From an uncultured Chryseobacterium sp. (GTDB lineage: Bacteria; Bacteroidota; Bacteroidia; UBA10329), in the NCBI GenBank assembly GCA_964500205.1, contig CAZCNS010000004.1:98260-162259 (forward strand): a stretch of 64,000 nt of DNA, in the 5' to 3' direction. Shown one piece after another: positions 17,451 to 27,005 of this stretch; position 1 is the first letter of the stretch; each line of letters starts with the position of its first letter. Below the pieces are notes generated by a model. That model searched no databases and was not told the origin of the DNA. It was given only the letters and a program-made list of their open reading frames with translations. Made by a program: the position numbers and the translations under genes.

Positions 17451-18245
17451 TCAATCCAAAAACCCCCTCACCGCCCTCATAAAACCCTCCGCATCCTCTG
17501 CGTGCAGCCAGTGGCCCGCCTCCAAGGCGTGGAACTGTGCGTTGGGGAAAAGCTCCCGGATCCCCGCCTCGTCCTCCGGCAGGATGTACCGCGACCGCGT
17601 GCCACGGATGAAGAGGGCCGGCACCTCGCTGCCATGCGGCACCGGCAGACCCATCTCTCCGATGTCCATCGCCAGCACATCGAGGTTGAAACGCCACGCG
17701 TAGCAAGGCTCACCGTCCGCGTTCTTCCCCCGGTAGATGTTCTTGGTGAGGAACAGCACCACATCGCGCTCCTCTATGAACCGCGACAACTCCTCCTCGG
17801 CCTCACTGCGCGAGGCCACGTTCGGCAGGTCTATCGCCTGCATCGAGCGGATGATGAGGTCGTGGTGTATCGGATACGCCTTCACGCCCATGTCGGCCAC
17901 GATGAGCCGGCTCACCAGCTCGGGGTAAGCTGCCGCGAAGCGCATGGCCGTCTTGCCGCCCATGCTGTGGCCTATCACCACCGCGTCCGCGATGTCGTGG
18001 TCTGTGAAGAAGCGGTGCAGGTCCTCTACCATGCCCGCGTAGGTGTGCGTGTCCGTATGGGGCGAGTGCCCGTGGTTGCGCTGGTCCACGGCATAGACGT
18101 GGTAATGCTCGCCCAGCGTTCTGGCAATGCCCGCCCAGTTGTCCAACGACCCGAACAGCCCGTGCAGGATCACCAATGGCCTCCCCGAGCCGTATTCCTT
18201 ATAGTTCAGTGCTACAGTCTCCATGCCCGCAAAGGTCGTGAGCAT
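17451..18245 (-). CDS. Alpha/beta hydrolase (esterase YbfF-like)
   Basis: HGLFGS oxyanion region and GHSMGG nucleophile elbow. Its start overlaps the toxin stop, giving a TGATG coupling sequence. Confidence 0.8.
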   Translation of the reverse strand: MLTTFAGMETVALNYKEYGSGRPLVILHGLFGSLDNWAGIARTLGEHYHVYAVDQRNHGHSPHTDTHTYAGMVEDLHRFFTDHDIADAVVIGHSMGGKTAMRFAAAYPELVSRLIVADMGVKAYPIHHDLIIRSMQAIDLPNVASRSEAEEELSRFIEERDVVLFLTKNIYRGKNADGEPCYAWRFNLDVLAMDIGEMGLPVPHGSEVPALFIRGTRSRYILPEDEAGIRELFPNAQFHALEAGHWLHAEDAEGFMRAVRGFLD

Positions 18246-18598
18246 CAGTCTTCTTCCCGGAAGTACATCGAATCGGGACGCATTCTCGTGGGAAAGAAAT
18301 CAGTCACCTGAACGGTCATGAGTCTGTCATCGGAGAAGTACAAGATTTTCACCTCGAAATGACGAGTCTCTCTATGCAGTATGTATCTGGGTTCAAGTTC
18401 ATCATGCTCAAGGAATGATTCTTTTGCACCCCTATTGGGCATGATGGCAAGAGAGTCCACGTTGTTCAAAATGGACCCGAGTATCTCGACCGCCCGATTC
18501 TCTGAGAAATTCTTTAGCAGATATGGAATGATAGTGTCTCGGAGCCTTGTTCTCGCAGTCTCCGATATCAAGACGCGGTACCTGTCTTGCGTATCCAT
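18245..18598 (-). CDS. Type II toxin, RelE/ParE superfamily (ParE-like)
   Basis: 117 aa, overlapping the upstream small antitoxin gene by about 30 bp. Shows the ParE-like pattern ...AxxDLxxIxxYL ... MPNRGAKE ... RYILHRETRHFEVKILYF. Confidence 0.6.
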   Translation of the reverse strand: MDTQDRYRVLISETARTRLRDTIIPYLLKNFSENRAVEILGSILNNVDSLAIMPNRGAKESFLEHDELEPRYILHRETRHFEVKILYFSDDRLMTVQVTDFFPTRMRPDSMYFREED

Positions 18599-18789
18599 CG
18601 GTCACAGTCTTTTCGCAACTCGTCTAACGTTACAGTTCTACCGTTCGCAATGTCATCGAGTGATTCCTCAAAACGGGCCTGCATCTCAGCCTTCATAAGC
18701 ATCTCATCTATCTGGTCGAGAAGACGTTCGCTTTTCACCGCAAGGACTCGCTGAGAAAGTTCCAGCTGTCGGTTGTTTGTTGCATTCAT
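18568..18789 (-). CDS. Antitoxin, putative addiction-module component (TIGR02574-like)
   Basis: 73 aa from the internal ATG (MNATNNRQLELSQRVLAVKSERLLDQIDEMLMKAEMQARFEESLDD...). Helical, overlaps the toxin gene, and lies in a low-GC segment. Confidence 0.55.
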   Translation of the reverse strand: MNATNNRQLELSQRVLAVKSERLLDQIDEMLMKAEMQARFEESLDDIANGRTVTLDELRKDCDRWIRKTGTAS

Positions 18790-18967
18790 TTGAATCGGAT
18801 AAGCAATACAAAAATACAAAGCCATACTGTGCGCGGTCAGGGTGGAACATGTCACTGCTCAATACCGGTCTCTGTCCTCCGTCCGTTGAACGCAGTGAAA
18901 TCCCGCGTCTGCGGGATCCCTCGTCCCCCGTCCCCCGTCCCTCGTCCCCATCAACAATCAACAATCA

Positions 18968-20407
18968 TCATTTCAAAAACTCCTTGAACCACAGCCCTGT
19001 GTCCTTCAGGATCCGCTGCTGCGTCTCGAAGTCCACATGCACCAGTCCGAAGCGGGTGCGGTAGCCCTCGGCCCACTCGAAGTTGTCGAGCAGCGTCCAG
19101 CAGAAGTAGCCGTTCACGTTCACGCCCTCGCGCTTGGCCCGCAGCACCTCGCGGAGGTAGTCCTGATAGAATTTCGTGCGCTGCGCGTCATGCACCCGGC
19201 CGTTTTCCACCGTGTCGGGGAAGGCGGCACCGTTCTCCGTCACGATGATGTTCTTGATGCCCTCATACTTGTCGAAGTACTTCAGCATCTTGTAGATGCC
19301 CATCGGATGCACCTCCCAGTCCATGTCTGTGATCTCGGGCTGCGGCTTGAGCTTCTTGGGCTTCATGGGCGAACCCTTCACAAAGGGGATGATGCCGTTG
19401 CCCTTCACCACCGAGCGGGTGTAGTTCTGCAGGCCGTAGAAGTCGAAGTCGAACTTCACCTTGTCCATGTCGCCCGGCTGTATCCAGTTCTCCAGCTTGC
19501 GCAGCATCGGCAGGTCGTCTATCGGGTAGCCGAGGCCCTGCGGTGGTTCGATGTACAGGCGGTTGAAGAGCACGTCCAACCTTTTCACCGCCTCATCATG
19601 CACCCGCTTGCCGTTCACCGGCTCTGCCGATGAGCACGAGAAAGTGGTGCCGATGAAGGCGTCAGGCACATTTGCGCGGATGATGCGCCCGCCCTCGGCC
19701 TGGCACAGCGTGGCGTGGTGTACGGTGGGGATGAAGTTCCTCGGCCATTTCTTGCCCGGTGCGTGGATGCCCAGCAGGTAGCCCACTGCCGTGAAGGCCA
19801 TCGGCTCGTTCAGCACCATCCAGTTCTTCACCTTGTCGCCATAGGTCTTGGTCACCAGCTCGGCATACTCGCTGAACCAGCCCACCACATCGCGGTTCTG
19901 CCAGCCGCCCTTGTCCTCCAGTGCCTGTGGCAGGTCCCAGTGGTAGAGCGTGATCCAAGGCTGCACCCCGTTCTCAAGGCAGGTATCGATCACGCGGTGG
20001 TAGAAGTCGATGCCCTTCTGGTTCACCTGACCCGTGCCTTGCGGTATCAGCCGCGACCACGCGGTCGAGAACCGGAACACGTCCATGTTCATCTCCTTCA
20101 CGAAGGCGATGTCCGTGGGGTATCGGTTGTAGAAGTCGCAGCTCACGTCCCCGTTCTCGTTGTTGTCGATCTTGCCGCGCTTGTGCGAGAAGGTGTCCCA
20201 CACCGAGGGGCCTTTGCCGTCAGCATTCCATGCCCCTTCTATCTGATAGGCGGCCGTGGCCACGCCCCAGAGGAAGTCCTTGCCGAAATCGGCAGCCGTG
20301 AAATCGAGTGTCGGCACCGCAAAGGGGTTCATTCCCTTGGCGTAAGGGGCCAGTGCCATACCGGCTGTGGCAAGTCCGAGCCGTTTGAGGTGGTCGCGTC
20401 TGTTCAT
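18968..20407 (-). CDS. GH1 beta-glucosidase with Tat signal
   Basis: Tat-type N-terminus MNRRDHLKRLGLATAGMA. GH1 signatures LNEP (acid/base) and ITENG (nucleophile). Confidence 0.9.
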   Translation of the reverse strand: MNRRDHLKRLGLATAGMALAPYAKGMNPFAVPTLDFTAADFGKDFLWGVATAAYQIEGAWNADGKGPSVWDTFSHKRGKIDNNENGDVSCDFYNRYPTDIAFVKEMNMDVFRFSTAWSRLIPQGTGQVNQKGIDFYHRVIDTCLENGVQPWITLYHWDLPQALEDKGGWQNRDVVGWFSEYAELVTKTYGDKVKNWMVLNEPMAFTAVGYLLGIHAPGKKWPRNFIPTVHHATLCQAEGGRIIRANVPDAFIGTTFSCSSAEPVNGKRVHDEAVKRLDVLFNRLYIEPPQGLGYPIDDLPMLRKLENWIQPGDMDKVKFDFDFYGLQNYTRSVVKGNGIIPFVKGSPMKPKKLKPQPEITDMDWEVHPMGIYKMLKYFDKYEGIKNIIVTENGAAFPDTVENGRVHDAQRTKFYQDYLREVLRAKREGVNVNGYFCWTLLDNFEWAEGYRTRFGLVHVDFETQQRILKDTGLWFKEFLK

Positions 20408-20478
20408 GTGCTTTTATTGAGGAATGCCAAAAATATCCATCCTTGCTCCACGGCATGCCTCCGGCACACATTAACCGC

Positions 20479-22410
20479 CTAATGAATGCAGATGCGCGTG
20501 GACGACACCATGCCGCCCGTCTCGATCAGCAGCAGATACATGCCCGGTGCGTTGCCGCTCAGGTCCAGCTCCATCACCGGGCCGGAGACCGGACGGCTCT
20601 GCAGCAGTCTGCCGGTGAGGTCGGTCAGCAGCAGGGTGCCATTCACCACATCCTCCGCAAAACGCACCGTTACCATGCCCTCGCTCGGATTGGGGAACAC
20701 GCTGAACATGCCCGAGGAGGACTCCTGCACGCTGCTGAGGGCACATTGCGGCTGGCTCACGGTGATCTGCCCGAACTCGAAGTTGAAGGCCGAGCGCACG
20801 GTGTCGGCCCCGTTGGGGAAGAACACCTGGGTCACAGGGTTATCGGTATCGCCATAGATCACCTCGTAGCGCACCACGCATCTGTACTGACCCGAGTTGG
20901 ACTCAGTGGCATTCGCGATGGTCAGTTGAGACGTGGTCTCACCGGGCAGTTCCTCCCCGTTCTTCTCCCACTGGTAGGACACCTCTGTATCGGACTGCAT
21001 GCTGAGCACGATGCTCTCTCCGGGGCATATCACCGTATCGCCCGCACCGATCATCTCAATGTCCGGATAGACGAACCTTCCCAGCGCACACCTGTGGTCG
21101 CTGAACTCGCCCAGTTCCCAGAGTACGGGTTCGAGGCTCCGCATGGTGATGATGTCGTTGGTGGCCTCCAACGCCACCAGGTGTGACCTGTCGCCCCAGG
21201 CGTTGTCAATGATCTTTCCGAACTCTCCATCGAAGGTGGAGTTGTAAAAGCCAATGTGATAGGGAATGTAGGGCCCGATGGAATCGAGCATGGCGGGATA
21301 CAGATTCTCGGGGTGTATGGGCGATACGTTGAAATCGCCACCGAAGATGACCGGCTCACCGTCCGGGATGTTCTGGGCATCAATGAAATCCCTGATCTCA
21401 CCCATCTGCGTCCGCTTGGCAAGGATGTCGTCCTCCTGTCCGCCTGCATCCATGTGGGTGCCGAAGAGATGGTAGCGCTTTCCGAGCTTGTTGACCCTTG
21501 CGTACTTGATACCCTTCGAGGCGAGGCAGTCCTGCGCTGCCTGACCGCAAAGCGTGAAATCGAAGTCGTCCTCGAATTCAATGGGCCAACGGCTGAAGAA
21601 CATCACGCCACCGTTCCAGGGAATGGGTAGGATGGAATTGGTCGGATTCAGCACCTCAGTCCTGTAAGCGAAGCCAGCGGCCTGCATTGCAGGGATCAGC
21701 GCATTCTGACGCGGGCCGTCATCAAACACCTCGCAGTACATCACCACGTCCTGATAAGGCGATATCTGCTCAGGAAGCAGCGATGCGCGGTCACCGGCCT
21801 GGGGCAGACCGCTCACCCCGAAAGGCAACATCTGGATGTTGTAGAACATGGCGTTCATCACATTGGGGTCATTGAAATCCTCCTCGCTTATCTCATAGAT
21901 GGGGAGGTCGTGTATGGTGAAAAAGACATTGCGCTGCTGCTCCGCATCGGAGTTGTCTGCCCGGTACTTGATGACCACGCTCTTCCCCATTAACGTGGTC
22001 TCCAATTCCTGGAAATCCGGGCTGTCGGTCCATGGCTGGGAGAAACCCGGCCCATCTATGGTGAACTGCATGGCGGTGCTGTCCTCAAACCCGATCAGCC
22101 GCATCCGCAGGCGGAGCGTGTCCTGTGCCCCTCTGAGCAGTATCTGGATGACAGCGGTATCACCCTCGGCCACTGCTGCATTGGTGCGGTTGCATGAGAA
22201 CACCTCTACCGGCTGCTGGTCCCACCAGCCGAGTACAGTGTCCGTGAGCAGTTGCCATTCGGATTCAGGGACAAGGGATGTCCCCGCCTGTTGCACTTCG
22301 AGTGTGAAATCCTGCCAAGTACTGTTGCGCACCCTGAATGTGCTTTGCGCTGAGGCCAATGTTGAGCCTATAATGAGGAAGACGGCAGTTGAAATAATTG
22401 TGAATTTCAT
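20479..22410 (-). CDS. Endonuclease/exonuclease/phosphatase (EEP) family protein, sphingomyelinase-C-like, with Ig-like domain and T9SS C-terminal sorting domain
   Basis: Signal peptide present. EEP motifs (GTHMDAGGQEDD, GGDFNV, SDH). C-terminal FSVFPNPSEGMVTVRF...GMYLLLIETGG matches the type-A CTD. Confidence 0.7.
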   Translation of the reverse strand: MKFTIISTAVFLIIGSTLASAQSTFRVRNSTWQDFTLEVQQAGTSLVPESEWQLLTDTVLGWWDQQPVEVFSCNRTNAAVAEGDTAVIQILLRGAQDTLRLRMRLIGFEDSTAMQFTIDGPGFSQPWTDSPDFQELETTLMGKSVVIKYRADNSDAEQQRNVFFTIHDLPIYEISEEDFNDPNVMNAMFYNIQMLPFGVSGLPQAGDRASLLPEQISPYQDVVMYCEVFDDGPRQNALIPAMQAAGFAYRTEVLNPTNSILPIPWNGGVMFFSRWPIEFEDDFDFTLCGQAAQDCLASKGIKYARVNKLGKRYHLFGTHMDAGGQEDDILAKRTQMGEIRDFIDAQNIPDGEPVIFGGDFNVSPIHPENLYPAMLDSIGPYIPYHIGFYNSTFDGEFGKIIDNAWGDRSHLVALEATNDIITMRSLEPVLWELGEFSDHRCALGRFVYPDIEMIGAGDTVICPGESIVLSMQSDTEVSYQWEKNGEELPGETTSQLTIANATESNSGQYRCVVRYEVIYGDTDNPVTQVFFPNGADTVRSAFNFEFGQITVSQPQCALSSVQESSSGMFSVFPNPSEGMVTVRFAEDVVNGTLLLTDLTGRLLQSRPVSGPVMELDLSGNAPGMYLLLIETGGMVSSTRICIH

Positions 22411-22542
22411 GTTACCCGTGCATTAAGAAGTTGCCAAAGTATAAATTGAAGCATTTGGTGAGTGACTGTGCGCTCAGAATAATATCAATTGTCTTTTACG
22501 GGAGGTAAGGTCTATTTTCGCCCGCCTTCAAATCGCGACCGT

Positions 22543-23862
22543 ATGAGACACATTCTCCTCCTTCCACTGCTGATGATCGGTGCCTTGGCCCCGCAGGTCA
22601 AGGCACAGACCGGACCCCACCGCTGCTACACCACACAGGCCACTGACCTGCGCGAACAGCTCCTTCCTGGCTACCGGGCTGCTGTGGACGAGGCTTTCCG
22701 CTCCGCAAAAAGCCATGCCAAGCAGGGCCATAGGAATGATGAGGTTTACGTGATACCCGTGGTGGTGCATGTGGTGTACAACAACCCCGAGCACAACATA
22801 TCCGATGAGGTGATCCAAAGCCAGATCGATGTGCTGAACGAGGATTTCCGCAGGTGGAACCCCGATGCCGACCAGACCCGTGAGGAGTTCCTGCCCGTGG
22901 CGGCCGATGCGGGCATACAGTTCGTCTTCGCCACTGAGGATCCGGATGGCAACCCCACCACGGGCATCACCCGCACCGAGACCACCCGCACCAGCTGGCT
23001 GGGCTTCCCGGAGTTTCTTCCCAATGACATCAAGCGCACCGCAGAGGGCGGCATCGATGCATGGGACACTGAGCGTTACCTCAACATCTGGGTGGGCGAT
23101 CTGTCACTGGCCGGAGCACCGTTCATCCTCGGATTCGCCTATCCTCCTGCAGATCTCGACAACTGGCCTGCCGATAGCGATGCCCCAGAGCCGGGCCTCG
23201 AGGGCGTGGTGGTGCACAATGCAGTTTTCGGACGGAACAGTCCTCTCTCCTCTGACCTGCTTGCCACCAACGACCGTGGCCGCACCTGCACCCACGAGGT
23301 GGGCCATTTCCTCGGCCTGCGCCACACTTGGGGAGATGGGGGCGGTCTCTTCGGTGGCGGGGAAGGCTGCACCGTGGATGATGGAATGGAGGACACGCCT
23401 AACTGCGCGGACGCCCAACAGCAGGAGTGCGACCCGGCCTCCAACACCTGCGTGGACGAACCCATAGACCTCCCCGACCAGATCGAGAACTATATGGACT
23501 ACAGCGATGAGCGTTGCCAGAACATGTTCACCCGTCAGCAGGCCGACCTCATGCGTGCCGTGTTGGAAACAAGCCGCAGTGGACTCGTCACCGCCATTCC
23601 GGCCAGCGTGCCAGAGACAGCGTCTGACCGGGAGATCACCATTTTCCCCAACCCCACCGATGGACTGGTCACCCTGAACTGGGAGAAGGCCACAGAGATG
23701 AACATCACCGTGAGCGATGCCCTCGGGCGTGAGGTGGCAACGCAGTCCGTTACAGCAGCCGGAAAGGCTGAACTCGACCTCAATGGGTTCCCATCAGGCG
23801 TGTACACGGTTTTGCTGCGTTCATCAGATAGGCAGTGGGCTAAGCGGCTGGTGGTGAGGTGA
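22543..23862 (+). CDS. M43 zinc metalloprotease with T9SS C-terminal sorting domain
   Basis: Signal peptide MRHILLLPLLMIGALAPQVKAQ. Metzincin motif HEVGHFLGLRH. C-terminal ITIFPNPTDGLVTLNW...GVYTVLL CTD. Confidence 0.8.
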   Translation: MRHILLLPLLMIGALAPQVKAQTGPHRCYTTQATDLREQLLPGYRAAVDEAFRSAKSHAKQGHRNDEVYVIPVVVHVVYNNPEHNISDEVIQSQIDVLNEDFRRWNPDADQTREEFLPVAADAGIQFVFATEDPDGNPTTGITRTETTRTSWLGFPEFLPNDIKRTAEGGIDAWDTERYLNIWVGDLSLAGAPFILGFAYPPADLDNWPADSDAPEPGLEGVVVHNAVFGRNSPLSSDLLATNDRGRTCTHEVGHFLGLRHTWGDGGGLFGGGEGCTVDDGMEDTPNCADAQQQECDPASNTCVDEPIDLPDQIENYMDYSDERCQNMFTRQQADLMRAVLETSRSGLVTAIPASVPETASDREITIFPNPTDGLVTLNWEKATEMNITVSDALGREVATQSVTAAGKAELDLNGFPSGVYTVLLRSSDRQWAKRLVVR

Positions 23863-23910
23863 TCCGTTGAGAATAGGTCGCACAGGTCGTTCGCTTCTGA
23901 GCAGAAAAAC

Positions 23911-23946
23911 GGTACAGATGTGGGAATCGACTACCGGATTTGTACT
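23911..23946. promoter_or_regulatory. Imperfect 36-bp palindrome GGTACAGAT-N-ATTTGTAC (operator-like), copy 1
   Basis: Read from the sequence. Shares about 80% identity with copy 2 at 24065-24100. Confidence 0.5.
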
Positions 23947-24064
23947 GACCCTGATGCACTGTTGGCCGATCGTCAGATGTTCCAATTCCGATGGCACACA
24001 AGTTTTATTTGAGTGTTCATAGGATTTATGCCCATTTCTGCAATTGTTGTTGAGACTGAGAACT

Positions 24065-24100
24065 GGTACAGATTAGGGAATCAATTCCCATATTTGTACC
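24065..24100. promoter_or_regulatory. Nested 36-bp palindrome GGTACAGATTAGGGAATCAATTCCCATATTTGTACC, copy 2, ending about 12 bp before the ATPase start
   Basis: The outer arms (GGTACA / TGTACC) and inner arms (GGGAAT / ATTCCC) are both reverse-complementary. It overlaps the predicted promoter/RBS zone of the 24112 gene. Confidence 0.55.
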
Positions 24101-24111
24101 AATTTTAGATC

Positions 24112-25272
24112 ATGTCAGTAAGAATAGACCGAGAGATGCTAGGGTCTCTCAGCAACACCGCAGCGCAGTTCAGGGCAGTGATGGTCGTGGGCCCGAGGCA
24201 ATCTGGAAAGACCACCCTTGTGCGAACCACGTTTGCAGACAAGCCCTATGCATCGCTCGAGAATCCTGATGAGCGGCTGCTGGCCGAGCGCGACCCGCGT
24301 GCATTTCTCGGCCGATTCCCTGACGGGGCCGTTCTGGACGAGGTGCAGCGCGCACCGTCCATTCTCAACTATCTACAAGAGATACTCGACAACACAGAGA
24401 AGGACGGGCTTTTCATCCTTACGGGCAGCAACAATATCCTCTTGCAAGAGAATATCAGCCAGACACTTGCGGGGCGGGTGGGCGTGCTTGACCTTCTGCC
24501 CCTGAGTTTTAAGGAACTGAAACAAGCGGGCATCGACATGGGTCTTGACGAGCTGATTCTGAAAGGTGGCTACCCCGAAGTGCATGGCAAGGGCCGTGAC
24601 CCCAAGGCATGGTATCCTGCCTATGTCAGAACCTATGTGGAGCGGGATGTCCGTCAGGTAAAGAACATCGAGAACACGCTGCTTTTTACCCGCTTTCTCC
24701 GTCTGTGCGCGGGCCGTGTTGGTCAGATGCTCAATGCCTCGGCCCTCAGCAACGAGTGCGGCATTGATGTCAAAACAGTCAACGCGTGGCTGTCGGTGCT
24801 TGAAAGCACTTACGTGATAAAGATGCTCACCCCGTTTCACAGGAATTTCAATAAACGCATCACCAAATCCCCCAAGCTGTATTTCGTTGATACCGGGCTG
24901 GCCTGCTCTCTGCTGGGAATACGGAGCGTCAATGAATTGGCACTTTCGCATTTCCGAGGAGCACTGGCGGAGAATCTTGTCGTGGTCGAGGCATGGAAAA
25001 ACGCTCTGAATGCAGGTCGGCACGATGCATTTCACTACTGGCGCGACAACAAAGGAGTGGAGGTGGACCTGATAGTGGACAGCGGGCAGGATTTCATGCC
25101 TATTGAAATAAAGTCTGCCAAGACCTTCTCGGAGGATTTCCTGAAGAACATCAACAAGTTTCAAGAATATGCCGGTGGTTCAGCAGGTACGTTGCTCTAT
25201 GACGGCACTATGGAGTTCACCACCTCCGACAACGTACGTGTGTGCAACTGGAAAACCTTTCTGATGGATTGA
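24112..25272 (+). CDS. AAA+ ATPase, DUF4143 family (COG1373-like)
   Basis: Walker A VVGPRQSGKTTL and Walker B ILDEVQ. C-terminal DUF4143-like region. Lies in a low-GC segment. Confidence 0.8.
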   Translation: MSVRIDREMLGSLSNTAAQFRAVMVVGPRQSGKTTLVRTTFADKPYASLENPDERLLAERDPRAFLGRFPDGAVLDEVQRAPSILNYLQEILDNTEKDGLFILTGSNNILLQENISQTLAGRVGVLDLLPLSFKELKQAGIDMGLDELILKGGYPEVHGKGRDPKAWYPAYVRTYVERDVRQVKNIENTLLFTRFLRLCAGRVGQMLNASALSNECGIDVKTVNAWLSVLESTYVIKMLTPFHRNFNKRITKSPKLYFVDTGLACSLLGIRSVNELALSHFRGALAENLVVVEAWKNALNAGRHDAFHYWRDNKGVEVDLIVDSGQDFMPIEIKSAKTFSEDFLKNINKFQEYAGGSAGTLLYDGTMEFTTSDNVRVCNWKTFLMD

Positions 25273-25445
25273 GAGGGTGGGGTAATGCTTTTGAACCGCA
25301 ATGACAACGAGTTGCATGAAACCTGACATCACTTAACAGGCAGTACATTCGCCCTGCAACAGCGCCAAAACCAGTGTAAATCTTTCATCGTACTCCTTTC
25401 GTCATATCCGCTCCGCATGTGCGGGGTTCCTAATCCGCAACCCAG

Positions 25446-26984
25446 ATGCTTGTAAAAACCTTCGGAAGCGCAGTGTACGGGGTCGATGCCAACCTCATCA
25501 CCATAGAGACCAACATCACGCTGGGCGGGGTCAACTTCTTCATGGTGGGCCTGCCCGACAACGCGGTGAAGGAGAGCCAGCAGCGCATACAGACCGCGCT
25601 CAAGAACAACGGCCTCAAATGGCCCGGCAAGCACATCGTCATCAACATGGCCCCTGCCGATGTGCGCAAGGAAGGCTCGGCCTACGATCTCACCTTGGCC
25701 GTGGGCATCCTCTCTGCATCGGAGCAGATCCCTGCCGATCAGGTCAGCGATTATATGATTATGGGCGAGTTGGCCCTCGATGGCAGTATGAGGCCCATCA
25801 AGGGTGCGCTTCCTATAGCTATCCTTGCCCGCGAGAAAGGTCTGAAGGGCTTTATCCTGCCCAGTGCCAATGCCCGCGAGGCTGCCATTGTAGATGGCAT
25901 AGAGGTTTATGGCGTAGACAACATCACGCAGGTCATCGACTTCTTCAAGGGCGACAGACCTCTGGAACCCACCGTGGTCAATACCCGTGAGGAGTTTTTC
26001 AAGCATCTCTACCAGAGCGATGTCGATTTCAGCGATGTGAAAGGGCAGGAGAACATCAAGCGGGCAATGGAGATAGCCGCTGCGGGTGGGCACAACATCC
26101 TGCTCATCGGCCCACCAGGCGCGGGCAAGACCATGCTGGCCAAAAGGTTGCCCACTGTGCTGCCACCCCTTTCGCTGCGTGAAGCTTTGGAGACCACCAA
26201 GATCCATTCTGTGGTCGGAAACCTCGGCCGCGAGTCTGCCCTCATCTCGCAGCGGCCGTTCCGCTCACCGCACCACACCATCTCTGACGTGGCCCTGGTG
26301 GGCGGAGGGCAGATCCCGCAACCGGGCGAGATCTCATTGGCACACAACGGGGTGCTTTTTCTCGATGAACTGCCCGAGTTCAGCCGAGGGGTGCTGGAGG
26401 TGATGCGTCAGCCCTTGGAAGACCGTAGGGTCACCATCAGCCGTGCGCGGCTCTCGGTGGAATACCCCAGTAGCTTCATGCTGGTGGCGAGCATGAACCC
26501 GTGCCCCTGCGGCTATTACAACCACCCCGACAAGGACTGCGTGTGCGCCCCGGGCGTGGTGCAGAAATACCTGAACAAGATCAGCGGGCCGCTGCTCGAC
26601 CGCATCGACATGCACGTGGAGGTGACGCCCGTGCCCATCAACGAGCTGGCCGATGCCCACAACAGCGAGAAGAGCGAGGAGGTGCGCAAGCGCGTGATCA
26701 GTGCACGGGAGGCGCAGACCGAGCGGTTCAAGGGCACCGACATCCACTGCAATGCGCAGATGGGCGCCAAGACCCTGCGCGAGGTGTGTGCATTGGACGA
26801 TGCGGGCCGTGCCATGCTCAAGAAGGCCACTGACCGCCTCGGACTCAGTGCCCGTGCCTTCGACCGCATCCTCAAGGTGTCGCGCACCATTGCCGATCTC
26901 GATGGCAGCGACCGCATCCTGCCCAACCACCTCGCAGAGGCGATACAGTACAGGAGCTTGGACAGGGCGAACTGGGCGGGGTGA
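25446..26984 (+). CDS. comM: Mg-chelatase-like ATPase YifB/ComM
   Basis: 512 aa. Lon-like N-domain, Walker A GPPGAGKT, and the typical C-terminal ChlI helix bundle. Confidence 0.9.
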   Translation: MLVKTFGSAVYGVDANLITIETNITLGGVNFFMVGLPDNAVKESQQRIQTALKNNGLKWPGKHIVINMAPADVRKEGSAYDLTLAVGILSASEQIPADQVSDYMIMGELALDGSMRPIKGALPIAILAREKGLKGFILPSANAREAAIVDGIEVYGVDNITQVIDFFKGDRPLEPTVVNTREEFFKHLYQSDVDFSDVKGQENIKRAMEIAAAGGHNILLIGPPGAGKTMLAKRLPTVLPPLSLREALETTKIHSVVGNLGRESALISQRPFRSPHHTISDVALVGGGQIPQPGEISLAHNGVLFLDELPEFSRGVLEVMRQPLEDRRVTISRARLSVEYPSSFMLVASMNPCPCGYYNHPDKDCVCAPGVVQKYLNKISGPLLDRIDMHVEVTPVPINELADAHNSEKSEEVRKRVISAREAQTERFKGTDIHCNAQMGAKTLREVCALDDAGRAMLKKATDRLGLSARAFDRILKVSRTIADLDGSDRILPNHLAEAIQYRSLDRANWAG

Positions 26985-27005
26985 GAAGCCAACAAATGGC
27001 TCAGT

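Noticed and set aside
23862-25300. Prophage or integrase in the low-GC segments
   Set aside because: No integrase, transposase, terminase or capsid-like ORF is present anywhere in the window. The islets are called from att-like repeats and composition only.
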